A stretch of DNA of 64,000 bases from the human T2T-CHM13v2.0 reference genome, Homo sapiens, in assembly GCF_009914755.1 (NCBI RefSeq), contig NC_060931.1. One strand, written 5' to 3'. The notes below the pieces were generated by a model. It did no database searches. It had not been told where the DNA came from and saw only the letters and a program-made list of their open reading frames with translations. The position numbers and the translations under genes are program-made. Below, one piece after another: positions 15,161 to 28,770 of the stretch (its first letter is position 1; every line of letters begins with the position of its first letter).

Positions 15161-17759
15161 GTCACCTACTCTTCTGTTGTTCTTCTGAACATCATCATAA
15201 TGTCACATTTGACAGGTGTGAGGTTTCTTTGTTAAAGCTCAGACTTATTTTAAATTAATATTCTTATCACATGAATAGACCCGTGGTAATGATGTAATGA
15301 CCTTGGAGGGGCAGGCCAGTTTTCCGCTGTGAAGCATAAAGTTTCCCATATGACATCCTTGGGCTACTCATTTTGGTATTCTCAGATATGCAAAACAGAG
15401 AAAACAACAGGCTTCCCACTTCAGAATTCACCATATACCCTTCTCCTTCTTGAAAGGGAGAAACCAATTAGACAAGGACTAGCCTTCTCTTATACTTAAT
15501 AAAGGCAGGTGAGTTGAGCCTCTTAGTATTTGTCATACACTATGGATTAAACCAGTTTATGGCCCATGTCATTGTACCCAAAACTCTGGTGTATAATAGT
15601 AAAACGTTCATAGTTTTCAAATTAGACTTAGAGCTTCTTGGTCTCACTTTAGAATATTTTGACAGCCCTTTGGCTTTCACAGAAAGACCTAGTCCCTCAG
15701 GGGTCTTGAACTGAGCTAATTATCCTAGTCATATCCTGTAGAACGGGATCCCACTATGGCTTGTCTGAGACTGCATTGTTGTCTTGGGTTGTATGGGACC
15801 ATGAGACAAACGGCTGTACTGTTTTTCCACTTGGCTTTTCTGTGGTGTAAAACTATCTTTTAGGAGCCACAAAATGCTATTCTTTTACTTGTTGAAAGAT
15901 TTTAAGAAAGAAAGAAAGGGAGGGAGGGAGGACTGTAAGGGAAAAGAGACCATTAACATGACATGTTTCCTGTCGCTCTCCAATCTGAGTCTAACCCCAG
16001 ATGACTGTATTCCCATTGTTTTATTGTGAGGGCATTTGTGAGGGCCTTCCCCTTGGTTGTGTCTTGGTTTACAGTCTATAGAATTGGATTAGACAATGTT
16101 AATTCAATTAATGACTGTACTGAAAGTTTGTCTTAGTGTGCAGTGAAAACAGGAGAGCAGCCTCTAATAATCTATGGATTTAATGACTGCAACTTTGAAG
16201 AGTGTTAAGCTAAAGTGAAGTTCAGAATGGCTTGTTAACTGGGTTTATTAGCTGTTGACCTTCCCTTTCAGCATAATAGTGGCAGTCAGACCGAAGAGAG
16301 CACTAACGTCCTGATTAGCATTTATCTAAAGATAGGCTGCTGCCTGTTACACAGTAAATTAGTTCAATCAGCCATAAAGAGCTTGAGAAACATTTTCTGC
16401 TTTATAAAAAGAATTAGATGTTAGAACAGTTCATCTGGCATAGCTCAGTGAAGATGGATTGAGCCCCTGAACGTGCTCATTTGAGGAAGGCGCTTTGAGG
16501 ATATTGAGTAATTGAACAGATTTTCCTACAAGATTGATCAGGGGCCCTAGATTTCCTGCACAATTGAGTGATGCTCTAATTTTTGCCTTCTAATAAGAGC
16601 AGTACATCTGCTCCTGTTTCTGTGTATTCATCGAGTGAAACTGAAAATCAATTTATTTAGCACCTACTATGCACTCTATGTCCCTTACGAAATAAAAGCA
16701 ATAGGATCTACTGATCACAGTCTATTTGATTGAAGAGATGAAAACTACACTAAAACTTGAAATTCACCACTTCCACTACCACTGCTTCTTTTCTTCTGAA
16801 AAGAAGAAACTGTAGAATGAAAGCTGCTACTTTTGGTATATTTCTTGAGATCATCTTATGAAGTGAAGCACATTTTCCCACAGAAACAGTATAGTAGTCG
16901 GGGTTAACGTTTCTGACTAAAGTCTTGGCACCAACTAAGTTCTTCTCATAGTGGGTCATAAAAGCAAAAAGGCAAAAATTATAAACCTTTCTAAATCATT
17001 TAAAAACTTAAATTATGATCCAGGTCCTTAAAAAAAGGACATAAATGTACTGTACAATTGAATTTTATGAGGTGCCCCAATGTACTATAAAGTATACATA
17101 GAGCATATAAAATTCTAACTCCGCTGTATCATAAATTTGACCTCACTGAAATGAATAGGCTCACTGTATGGCAAGCATTAATGAAACGTTTAATTAACAT
17201 TCCCTTCACTTGCATTTTTAGAATTTTAAAGGGCTTCCTGGGGACTATTTCAATGGCTGAGGTTTTTGCAAAACAAAAGAACAAAACCTTCTCATAAAAA
17301 CTGATCTCTTTTGCTCAATAACTCCTCCAATAGAGACATTTAATTTAATTAGACTGATGAACCTGAATTTGAATTTTATACCCAAACCTATGATCATCCT
17401 TAAAAAAAATAAAACAAAAAATATGGTATTGAGACAGTTAAGCACTTGATGACTTCATGAAGGCTTCCTGTGGACCCTTTAAGCCACTGTGTATACACAT
17501 ATCATTTATGTCCTTGCAGTTTTCCCAAGCTAAAAGCCACAGGGATATGAGTACTTTGTGAGGGACAGTGGTGCAGTGTTAGAATGGATGAGCTGTAGGG
17601 CTGTGGGCTTCAGACCCTTTCATAGCTCCCTGTAAGGTATCCTCCTCCTCTAACCTTCCCTGTAATTATGCTATGTTGGTTTACTTTATTGCCTGGTCAC
17701 TCCAGGAGAAGTCCCCAGGGAGTCATACTTGAATGAACAGATAGAGGCAGAGTAAAAAA

Positions 17760-18085
17760 AAAAAAAGACATTATGCTAAGTGAAAGAAAAGTCATTCACA
17801 AATGACTGCATATGGTGTGACTATATTTGTATTAAATATCCAGAATAGGCAAATCTGTAGAGATGGAAAGTTGGAAAGTAGATTAGTAGTTGTCTAGGGG
17901 TGAAACATGAGAGGGATAGGGAGTAACTGCTGATAGGTACAGAGTTTCTTTCTGGGGTGGTAAAAATATAAAATTAGATTGTGGTAATAGTTGCACAACT
18001 ATCTGAATATAATAAAAACCATTGAGTTGTGTATTTTAAATGGTTGAGTTGTATGTATGCAAATTACATCTTAATAAAGCTATTA
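17760..18085 (+). mobile_element. L1M 3' fragment (L1MB-like)
   Basis: ACATTATGCTAAGTGAAAGAA...TCCAGAATAGGCAAATC...TTGCACAACT...ATCTTAATAAAGCT. Confidence 0.9.
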
Positions 18086-18606
18086 TTTTTTTAAAAAGGT
18101 ATTAAGTTTCCTCAAGTTAAATGAAATGACCAAAAGGGGAAAGGTTTTAAGCAGTGAGCACTCCTTGTAATGTATGTGTATAGTGAGTATGCATATGTTT
18201 GTAAAAGTATAATGTGTGTGATCCAACTATGAGCCATATGGTGCTAGTCATGATGTGTATACATGAATTCTAGAAAAAGAGGAAGAACCTTTAAGTGAGA
18301 GAATGCCATGCATTGGGAAGCAGTGTGGGGCAAGATCTGTGTGGCTCTAGGGTGGCAAATTTAGTTTGAGCTTGTGAATCCTTGCAGAGATTGGCAAATA
18401 TCAGATACTCCTTGGCAGAGAAAGCAGTAGAGTCAAAATTGAGAAGATTTAAGGAAGCAGAGACTAATAAGGAGAGAATGTTGAAACCTGTTATTTGTAG
18501 TTAGAAGTGTAGATGTATACAAAATAGAAAAAAACAAAAAGAATCTTCTGCATTATATCAGGAGGAACTTATTGGTGTTTTAGGACCATTAAGATGGAGA
18601 ACACAG

Positions 18607-18986
18607 CTCACTCATATGTGGGAGCTACAAAGTTGAGCTCATAGAAGTAGAATATAACTGTGGTTATTCAAAGTTGGGAGACGTGGAGGGGCGGGGAGGA
18701 TAGGGAGAATTGGTAAGGGATACAAAATTGCAGCTAGATAGGAGGAATAAGTTCTGTTGGTCTGTAGCATATTAGGGTGAACACCGTTAATCTTTTATTG
18801 TATATTTTTTAAAAGCTAGAAGAGAGGATTTTGAATATTCCCAGCATAAGGAAATGATAAATGTTAGAGGTGATGGGTATGCTAATTATCCTGATTTGAT
18901 CATTATACATTATGTACATGTATCAGAATATCATGCCATAGCCCATAAATATGGTTGCTACATGTCAACTAAAAAGAAAATTTTTA
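18607..18986 (+). mobile_element. L1MA 3'UTR fragment (L1MA4-6-like)
   Basis: CTCACTCATATGTGGGAGCTA...GCTAGATAGGAGGAATAAGTTCT...GCTAGAAGAGAGGATTTTGAA; possible TSD AAGATGGA on both sides. Confidence 0.9.
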
Positions 18987-19303
18987 AAAGATGGAAGACA
19001 AAAGTAAAAGATAAATGTAGATATTCTTTTAACTGTTTGGTGCTTACCTGGTGTCCTCTGAAAAATCAGAGTCGTGGGAGATGAATAACATTTCCAGAGA
19101 GCACTAGATGAGGAGTTAGAAAAGCTGGTTTATCATTCCTACTCTGTCTCTTCCCATGTTACATTAAATAAGTAACTCTGTGATGCTTTCTTCCTCCCTT
19201 GAGTTGTCCTTCTTACCCTGAGAGGATGGCACAAGGATCAAATGAGCTGACATATACCTATTGCATTGCACCTACTAGAATGTAACAAATGTTTGTCAGA
19301 CTG

Positions 19304-19330
19304 AGGGAGGAAGGAAGGAAGGAAGGAAGG
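19304..19330. repeat. (GGAA)n microsatellite
   Basis: About 5-6 GGAA units. Confidence 0.85.
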
Positions 19331-19699
19331 AGTAGAGTGATATCACATGCAAGGAATTGGATTTACTGACTTATTCCTCTGGCCAAGTGTGTCAACATTA
19401 TGATTGCAATAAGAACTTTTGCATTAATACTATTTATACTTATGGGTATTATTGCTGCATTTGGTAATTCTACGGTAAATTTGGAGGTGCTTCTAGTATC
19501 ACTGTCTTGTTCTACCAATAGTCTTGTATTTATTGACAGTTTGGTGGTTGTTACAAATGACAGGATTGCAAATAGAAATCAAGCTCCAAAGATGGATGGA
19601 TTAGCTTCCTTGTTATGACCGTGTTAAGGTTACCACTCAGAACAAACATTGGTAGTTGAGCACGTCTTGAGTGTGAGTGTCATACTCAGAACAATTCTA

Positions 19700-19866
19700 A
19701 TTTTTTAAAAATTACTTTTTTAGAGGCTGTCTCACTCTATCATCAGGCTGGAGTGCAGTGGCATAATTACAGCTCAGTACAGCCTGGAATTTTTGGGCCC
19801 AAGCGATCCTCTCACCTTAGCTTTCCATGTAGCTGGGACTATAGTCACGTGCCATTACGCCTGGCT
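19700..19866 (-). mobile_element. Alu right-arm monomer (FRAM or 5'-truncated AluJ)
   Basis: Only the right monomer is present; TSD CAATTCTA at 19692-19699 and 19867-19874. Confidence 0.88.
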
Positions 19867-20704
19867 CAATTCTACTTTTGATGAAGTTTTTGACATATTG
19901 ACATTGGGTTTGACATGTCATTCCAATATAATATGATACTGTAGCATTCAACAATTCTCTTCCCAGAGGAGACTATAGAAAACAGAACATTTGCATTTCC
20001 CATTTTGTACTTTATGCCACCCACTAAAGAATTCCAAAGTCATGCAGAATGCCTTTGATGATGTGAGCTGCATGTGAATTTCTTATTGCTTGACTTTTAA
20101 ATCCCCTTTGTTATCTAGGTCCATTACTTATAAGCTGTGTCACATTAGGCAAGTGACATGCCTCTCTAAGTTTCCACTTCCTAATCTGGAAAGGGGGGAA
20201 ATAATGAGATTGGCCCTGTGGCATCAGGATTAGGCAAAGTACTTGGCATAACACCAGTCTCACAGAATGCAGTTTTTCTTGAGCTGTTGGGTCAGTGATG
20301 CCTGAAAGAGGAGGAGTGGAGGTTCTGAGGCATTGCTGTTTTTATCACGTTTGATTTGTTTTCTTTTTGTCTAGACTTGCCATATTATAGCTTCATCAGG
20401 ATTTTAAAGACGATTGTGAATTATATTTTCAAAAGTTGTATGGACTCTTGTACTTTAGTATAAGCAGCACAAAATTAGGCTTAAGAAACTTAGATTTTAA
20501 TGTTAGCTATGAGACCTTAGGTCACTGGTGCGTGTTCCTCTCATGAAATAAGAGAATGGAACCAGCTGGTTCTTTATTCTTCCCGGTTCCAAGATGATGT
20601 GGTCATAGAGTCTTCATTGCATAATTTCTTGTTCCTCCTCATTTCTTCTTACCACACTCTTGTCTTTAATCTCTGACACCTTTCTACCCATCTCCTTCAA
20701 TGCT

Positions 20705-21215
20705 CCTTCTATTCATCCTTTCATACGTCCTAAAAATTGTTATGTCAACTATGAGGCAAGCAGTATATTAGGAGCTAGATATGTAATGTTGAAAAATATA
20801 GACATGGTTCCTGCAGTAACAGAATTTACAGTTTAATGGAAGAAGTACAGATAACACAAGTAATACTTACAAAATGTGGTAAGTGCTATGAAAGAGCAGG
20901 ACAGACTGCTTTGAATGGGGGAAGGGGGGATCCCTGGCAGTTTAAATGACTTTTCTCAAAGCAGGCTGCCAAAAGGTAGCGGCGCCGGCCAGAGGTGGTT
21001 TGAGAGGCAAAGCAGCACCACAGACAGGGGTCCAAGGCAAGAAAACGCTGAGCTGCTCTCAGGTGCTGGAAAGCCAGTGTGGCTTGAAGCGTGCTAAGAG
21101 TGAGACTGGAAATGCATGCCAAGTTTGAGGCCGAGTTCAGGATTTTGTATTCCATGATAAGTGTAATGGGAAATCTATGAGAACTTTTAAGTAACAACAA
21201 TATGGGAATCATACT
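20705..21215 (-). mobile_element. L2 LINE 3' fragment
   Basis: AGACATGGTTCCTGC...TTTACAGTTTAATGG...TAAGTGCTATGAAAG...GCCAGTGTGGCT...AATGGGAAATCTATG. Confidence 0.75.
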
Positions 21216-21889
21216 TGACTTGGCTAGAACAATTAAAAGCTGATCTCTTTTAGAAAGTACAGTTTTGTTTTACATTAATCTTAACACAGAATAGTGTATT
21301 ACACCTAAAGTGAATACTCTTTTAGGCTGGGTAGGGGCTGTCCCGTGGTTTAATATTGTTTCTATCATAGGAGAAGCCTTGGTTTCCTAGTTTCCCACCT
21401 TGTTTCTCCTCTCTCTGCCCCACTGGGATTCTAGCTGCTTCTTCACTGCATTTGCTCACCTCTTCTTCTCCACAGTCCTTTGGTCCTTGAAATGCTGTAA
21501 GAGCAGAAATAACAGCTATCCAGAGACCTTCAGATAGCAGATGTGCCTTGGGCCTGTGGGTCTGTGGCTCTGGAGGGCTAGGAATTACAGAAGAGTTAAA
21601 AGAGAAGGCCTCTGCCAGCAGGAATTCCGAAGACACCAAAACTGATGTCACTGGCTGTGCAGGCACTGAGCTAATTCTTTTGCCAATCAGTTAAATCACC
21701 TACCAAGAGTGTTCATTGTAAGTAACACTTTCTTGCCATTTGGTGGGGATGTAGAGGGACAAAGGATGCAAAAGGCAACAGGTTCTTTCCTTGTAAAACT
21801 GTAATCTAATTCTGTAAACAAGCCATGTACCTTTGGAAGGTCATTTTGAACTCAGTCCTGGTAAATATTTGACAGGTGTTTTAAAAAAA

Positions 21890-22400
21890 TAATTATATTT
21901 ATACAATCTATAATGGAATATTATGCAGCTTTTCACAAGGAGGAACTCCTGCCATCTGCCACAACGTGGGTGAGCCTGGAGGACATTATGCTAAGTAAAA
22001 TAAGTCAGACATGAAAAAAAAATTGCATGATTTCACATATGTAGAATCTAAAAAATAGGATAAAAATACAGAGAGAGAATAAAACAGTGGTTACTAGGAT
22101 TGGGTTTGGAGGAAGGAAATGTGGAGATTTGAGTCAATGGATACAAAGTAGCAGATATATAGGATGAAGAAGTCTGAATATCTGTACAACATGAGGACTA
22201 TAGTGAATCACAATGTACTGTATTCAGGATTTTTGCTGAGTGAGTAGGTTATAGCTGCTCTTGCCACAGGCAGGAAAAGTAAGTAACTGTGAGATCATGG
22301 ATATGTTCACTTGTTTTCCTATAGTAACCTTTTACTATATATATGTACCTGATAACAACATCATGTTGTACACCTTAAATATCCACAATAAAATGTATTA
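21890..22400 (+). mobile_element. L1MA 3' fragment (L1MA7/8-like)
   Basis: ATGGAATATTATGCAGC...CCTGGAGGACATTATGCTAAGT...ATCATGTTGTACACCTTAAATAT. Confidence 0.9.
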
Positions 22401-22569
22401 ATAATTTTATTTAAAAATATTTTAAAATGTGGACAATTAAAAATTTTTTATATAATTTTTTGGTAGTTATAATGCTCTGTTCTTTTACAAATTGTGAGCT
22501 GGATACTCACTACTCTTCTTTTAGCCCAAATTGAGAACATCTGGAGGCATTTTTATGTGATGACTAAAA

Positions 22570-22765
22570 ATACGGTAATTGAGTTAGACTGTATGGGTCT
22601 GTACCCTGCTCTGCCACTTCCTGGACATGTCTCAGTTTTCTCATCTGTGTAATGATGATAGTAGCGTCCACTTCTTGTTGTTATTATAGGATTAAATAAT
22701 ATATTACATGTAAAATGTTGAGTATAAAACCTGGCAGATATTAAGCACCTAATAAATGTTAGGTA
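22570..22765 (+). mobile_element. MIR SINE relic
   Basis: GCTCTGCCACTT...TCTCAGTTTTCTCATCTGTGTAATG...GCACCTAATAAATGTTAG. Confidence 0.8.
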
Positions 22766-23539
22766 TTAAAAATATATAAAGTATGACTTCTGCTTTCGAG
22801 AACTTAACCTATAAATATCCTTTGATACCCCGCCCCCCGCCCTTTCCACCTTGATTTCATTTACACAAGAGCCAAGTGAAAGAGTAGTGAGAGATGAAAC
22901 TAGGAAAGCAGGAATGAGGCAGTGGGTAGAGAAGGATATGTCCTGACCAATGGCATTGACAGAGTGGTTTTGACAGGTGAGTGTGGAAATGGACTGCGGT
23001 GAGGGAGAGTGGAGGTAGTGTTGAGAACCCGTAGGCTCTGGCAGCAATGTGGAGCTTACTTGCAGCATAGCCTCCCTTCAACTTGGAAACCAAGCATTTC
23101 AAAGTACCTGGGAACTTTCTTCATCACATCCTTCCAGCATTTACATTGTTTACAAATGAAGGAGGGAATAGAGTATATTTTATTTTCTGATAACTTTCTG
23201 GGTTTCCAAAGAGAGAACTGTAAAACTTTGATAAACACATCCATAAGAGTTGCTGCCCACACGGTTTCAAAACTGGATCTCTTGAGCTGGGCATAACTGG
23301 TCATAGGCAGAGAAACGTTGACTGGTGATTTATACCTTATACCCTCTCATTAAACACTCTTACCTAACTACGCAAATTAGGCTTTTAAAAATAGATTATT
23401 TTTATTGTTTAAATGTAGAAGAATATATCTCAGAGTTATAGGAAATTTGCATGGGTACATGTTTATAATAAAAATCCTGCCACCATTTATCATAAATGGC
23501 CTTGGTTTAGGAGTTTACACAGTAGAGAGCTCAAACCAC

Positions 23540-24060
23540 TGGCTTTGCTATGAAATAGACCCAATTCAAGCTCCATCTCTTAAAAAGCCATGTGAGTTTG
23601 GGAAAGTGGCATCACTTTCCTGAGCCCTGGGTTTCTAATTATTATTATTATTATTTTTGAAACGGAGTCTCACCCTGTCGCGCTGGAGTGCGATCTCAGC
23701 TCACGGTAACCTCTGCCTCCCGGGTTCAAACAATTCTCCTGTCTCAGCCTCCCAGGTAACTGGGACTACAGGTGCCCACCATCATGCCCGGCTAGTTTTT
23801 GTATTTTTAGTAGAGACGGAGTTTCACTGTGTTGGTCAGGCTGGTCTCGAGCTTGTGGCCTCAGGTGATCCACCTGCCTTGGCCTCCCAAAATGCTGGGA
23901 TTACAGGTGTGAGTCACCACACCTGGCCAGGTTTCTTATTTTTCAAGAGGAGTTATAAGACCCACAAACCTTACAATTATTGTAAAAATTGGTAATAATA
24001 TATATGAAAAGTCCCCAGCACAGTGACTCCTGCCTGGTAAGCAACCCACGAATTTTACCT
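23540..24060 (+). mobile_element. MIR relic split by an Alu
   Basis: CATGTGAGTTTGGGAAAGT..CACTTTCCTGAGCC..GTTTCT resumes after the Alu as GGTTTCTTATTTTTCAA...CCCAGCACAGTG. Confidence 0.65.
23637..23928 (-). mobile_element. AluS with (ATT)n tail
   Basis: Dimeric body; TSD GGTTTCT(A/T)ATT. Confidence 0.95.
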
Positions 24061-24200
24061 ATTGTCAGCATTGTTTAGATCACCTTTATTTAACTTAGTT
24101 ATAATGGGGCTTAATTACAAAGGGGATCCATATTCTAAAAGCAAATACTGAAACAAATTTTTACAATTCACTACCGGTTCTTCAGATTAAGGTCTTCTGA

Positions 24201-24538
<338 letters not shown>

Positions 24539-24874
24539 ATGGTTCTTAATAGTAAAATTATTTAACGAGATTTTTCCCAGTTCTTACTGGTAAAAATGTC
24601 CTGTGGTTTAAAAACGTTCAAATTAATTTGTTGTATATTTCACATGACAGTGATACGAGGGATAATTGATTATTTGAGGTATTGATTTGACCTAATTCAG
24701 CATAATAATTTACTGATTTTCATTCAGTGCATGCTAAGTACTAAATCCAGTCTTGCTGGGTACAGAGAAACATACATTCATTCAAACATCATCTCTTCTC
24801 TCAAGGAGCTCACAGTAGAACCTATTTAAATTTAGGCAGTGGGGAGCATGAGGCTGCAGAGAAACAAACATCCA

Positions 24875-25255
24875 ACTTTATGAAAAGACAAAATTATGGA
24901 GACAGAAAAAATGATCAGTGGTTGCTAGGAGTTGGGGAGAGGGAGGAATGGATAGGCAGAGTGGAGAGGATTTTTAGGGCAGTGACTCTGTATTACAGTG
25001 GGTACATATAATTTTACGTACGACCAAACCCATAGAATGTACAGCACCAAGAGTAAACCCTAATGTAAACTATGAAAGTTGTGATAATGATGTGTCAGTC
25101 TAGACTCATCCATTGTAACTATGTACCAGTCCTGTGGGGAATGCTGATAGGGAGATTGTCCATGTGTAGGGACAGGAAGTACATGGGAACTCTGTACTTT
25201 CTGCCCAGTTTTTCTATGAACCTAAAACTGCTCTGAAAAAAGTATTAATTTTAAA
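24875..25255 (+). mobile_element. L1MC 3'UTR fragment (L1MC1-like)
   Basis: GATCAGTGGTTGCTAGG...CAAACCCATAGAATGTACAGCACCAAGAGTAAACCCTAATGTAAACTATG...GAACCTAAAACTGCTCT. Confidence 0.9.
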
Positions 25256-26028
25256 AAGTGGTCTTACTGCTTTGGAGCACAAGTAAATCATACTAAGAAG
25301 ACGATGTTTAAATTAATATACTACAGATACAGTTTGCTTTACTGAAATGCAGTATATGATGTTCAAAACATATATCTTTAAGTAATAGCCATTTTACAAA
25401 GGAATTGCATGTTTTTACAGGGAGGTTTCACTGGCCTATTAGGGCATGTTGGCTTGGTGGTACAGCTAAGATCTAATTCCTTCTGCCACCAAGGAGCTTT
25501 GTGACCGTGGGACCACCCAGGAACCTCTCTGGCTGTATTCTCTGCAGAAAGACTTAGGACAACAACATGGCATGCTGTGTGGACATGATTTGCTTTGTTG
25601 GGCAAACTGGTGGGATTGGTGGGGTGGATACTCTCTAATGGAGGTTAAAGGTCCTGAAGCCACTGCAGGTTACCCTGGGGCGCCATTTCTGTGCTCTGGA
25701 TTAATTCTTTGCTCAGCTGTTAAATGTCTGTGTCTGGAAGTGGAGATACACAAGATGGGTTGGTCCCCATGGCTTTTTATACCTCAACAATTATTTCATC
25801 CAGTAGATATCTATACTAACTTGATTGTAAACATTAAGTTTACATGGGATTTCTTTAACACATCCATTTTCTAAGAAAGTGATCCATGTGTAAGTATAGA
25901 GTGACCAATGAGAAAATAGGGTAATTCCCACACACCCTTCCAAACTTTACAAGGAGTGAAATAATATAAATTAGCTTCCTCTAGTGATAAAACTGCAAGA
26001 ATTTTCAGGCAAAAGAAAAACAGTTTAG

Positions 26029-26047
26029 TAGCACCATCTACAGGCTA
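26029..26047 (-). promoter_or_regulatory. CTCF-like motif (candidate)
   Basis: Reverse complement contains CCTGTAGATGGTGC; 12/14 match to core CCASYAGRKGGCRS. Confidence 0.35.
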
Positions 26048-27496
26048 CTGAAGAGGAAAACTTCCTATGTGGCTTTTAAATGCAAGGAGTTTGTGGAAAA
26101 GGGAATACAAAAACTTCATACTCTCTTAAAAAAATATTATCCATAAAATATACTAATTTTAGTATTTTTGTTCTTCTTTACCATGCATTCAATTCATTTT
26201 ACAATATGTCTCTAGTTATCCTGAACTAGTGGAATATAGACTTGATTATGTGTTTTCATTAGGATCCCTGTTTCATCCCCATGCTTACAAATTTCTCTCC
26301 CTCTCTGTACTAATGATAAGAATGAACTGTGAAATTCACATGAATTCCAGTAGTTTCATTGATAGTAATTCACAGTATAAGACTTGAAGCACAAAGCCTG
26401 CCAGCAAGGGATGTTTCATCTTAGCTTATCTGTATACTCAAAGGATTTATTGCATCATTTACTTCCATTATGGGAGGAAAAATAAAAGCAGACACTCTTG
26501 GGTATGTATGTATATGTGTTTGCCTTTTTTAAAACAATGAAGTTGATTTATTACCTTCTGGGTTTAAAATCTTATCTGAGCCTTTTCTGCCCCTAAGATT
26601 CTGTGATTCTATAATCAGAAATAGCTTGGGGAATGGATAATTATTTTGTAAAGGAATCTAGAAAACTTGTCTTTGAATATGATAACAGTGAAGGTAATAT
26701 TTTCATTCCCAGATACCCCAGTTTTATTATCTTTTTTTGCTAGTTTTATTTTGTTTTCTTATAAACTATTATCAATTTTGGTAACCTGGAAAATTTTATT
26801 GGATTCTCCAAATAACTGGATTATAAAGTATTTATGGAATTATCAGAGTTGTAATTTTCTGTTAGAAATGGCTTATTAAAATTAACTTAATGGCCTCCTT
26901 GTAAGTTGTTGGTGGAGTTGCTGTTTCATTCATTCATTCATTTCATTGTGTGTGTTATTGGAAAGTGGGTAAGAGTTACTGGAATGCCTAGATAATAAGT
27001 TTTCAGTAAAGCATTACACATTGCAAGAAGCCAATCTGCACCCCCACCCACCCCCCAAAAAAAAATTGAGCATAAATTATAATTATTAGAACAATCTTAC
27101 TTGAACAGCATTATTTCTTGGAGGAAAAGAGGAATAGAGGAGATACATATTGAAATAGTTTGCTAAACTAAAGAGGAATTCAAAGGATAAAAAAATTGAT
27201 AATGAGATTTTCAAGGTTCCTGTTGAAACAGATGAGGCAGAGCCTATCAAAACTGGAGCCAGGAGTGATAATGGTTTTTAAGTTTGTGTAGCTTAATTGC
27301 TGATGGTTTAGGTTGATGGAAAACTTAGTAATACTGTTTCCAATTTTTTCCTCATTATTTTAAATGTGTAAAAAAATTGTGCATTAAATACTGGAACCTT
27401 TCTCTGAAAAAAAGTAAAGCAAGTTCTAGTATGAATAGAGGTTTAAAGTAAGGCACTGCCTCGTCGTCCTATAGCTAATATTTTTCCCTGTTTTTC

Positions 27497-27515
27497 TTGC
27501 ACCAGATGGCACTGT
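27497..27515 (+). promoter_or_regulatory. CTCF-like motif (candidate)
   Basis: GCACCAGATGGCAC; 13/14 match to core CCASYAGRKGGCRS. Confidence 0.4.
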
Positions 27516-28244
27516 TTAGTTCTATTTCACAATCTTATTCTGGAACTTTCTTCGGGAGAATCTGTTTTAGCCCAGGGTCACCAGTGACACCTCTCTATTC
27601 TGCATGAAGTCTTTATGAATGCTTGTAAAAGGTCACTGACTCAGACATGAAGCTGTTTATTTGAGGTCTTGTGGTTCTTTCCAGTTGCACATTTGCTGTG
27701 AGGTGAGCCTAATAAACCAGCTGATAGAAACCTACATGCTTCTTATAGAGTTCAGCCAGTATTTTGCTTGGAGACATATTGCAACAATATGATTTCAGCA
27801 TTCTCACGGCCCAGTCTAATTATCTGACACATTTTGGAATTATTTTATATGTAAAAGTAGAGCTATAAGCAGAAGGGCACACTCACTAAAAAAAAAAAAA
27901 AAACCTTGCAGAGCTTAAAATGTTTCATGACAGTCTGTTGAACTATAGATTTATCAAATTAACTTGCAAAAATAAAATTTAAAGAACCTTTCCTGACTAT
28001 TCCCAAGGCTGACTTGGAAGGAAATTATCAATGACCTCTGATGTCATTATGCATAAATGGGGCAGGTCCATAGCCAAGCTCGCCTCTTTGCTGCACATAA
28101 CAATAAAACATCCTTTTGGAAGATAGAATTAGCTTTATTTAATAAAAATGCCAGGGTCATATTGTAAGACTTATCTCTGTGAGCTTTGCCCTCCCCTCCC
28201 CTCCTCTCCCTTGAATAATACAGAAACGTTGGACATAATTATGA

Positions 28245-28770
<526 letters not shown>

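Noticed and set aside
22810-22842. TATAAA next to two GC boxes (CCCCGCCCCCCGCCC)
   Set aside because: Order is wrong for a plus-strand promoter (GC boxes lie downstream of the TATA), and there is no CpG island or other support.
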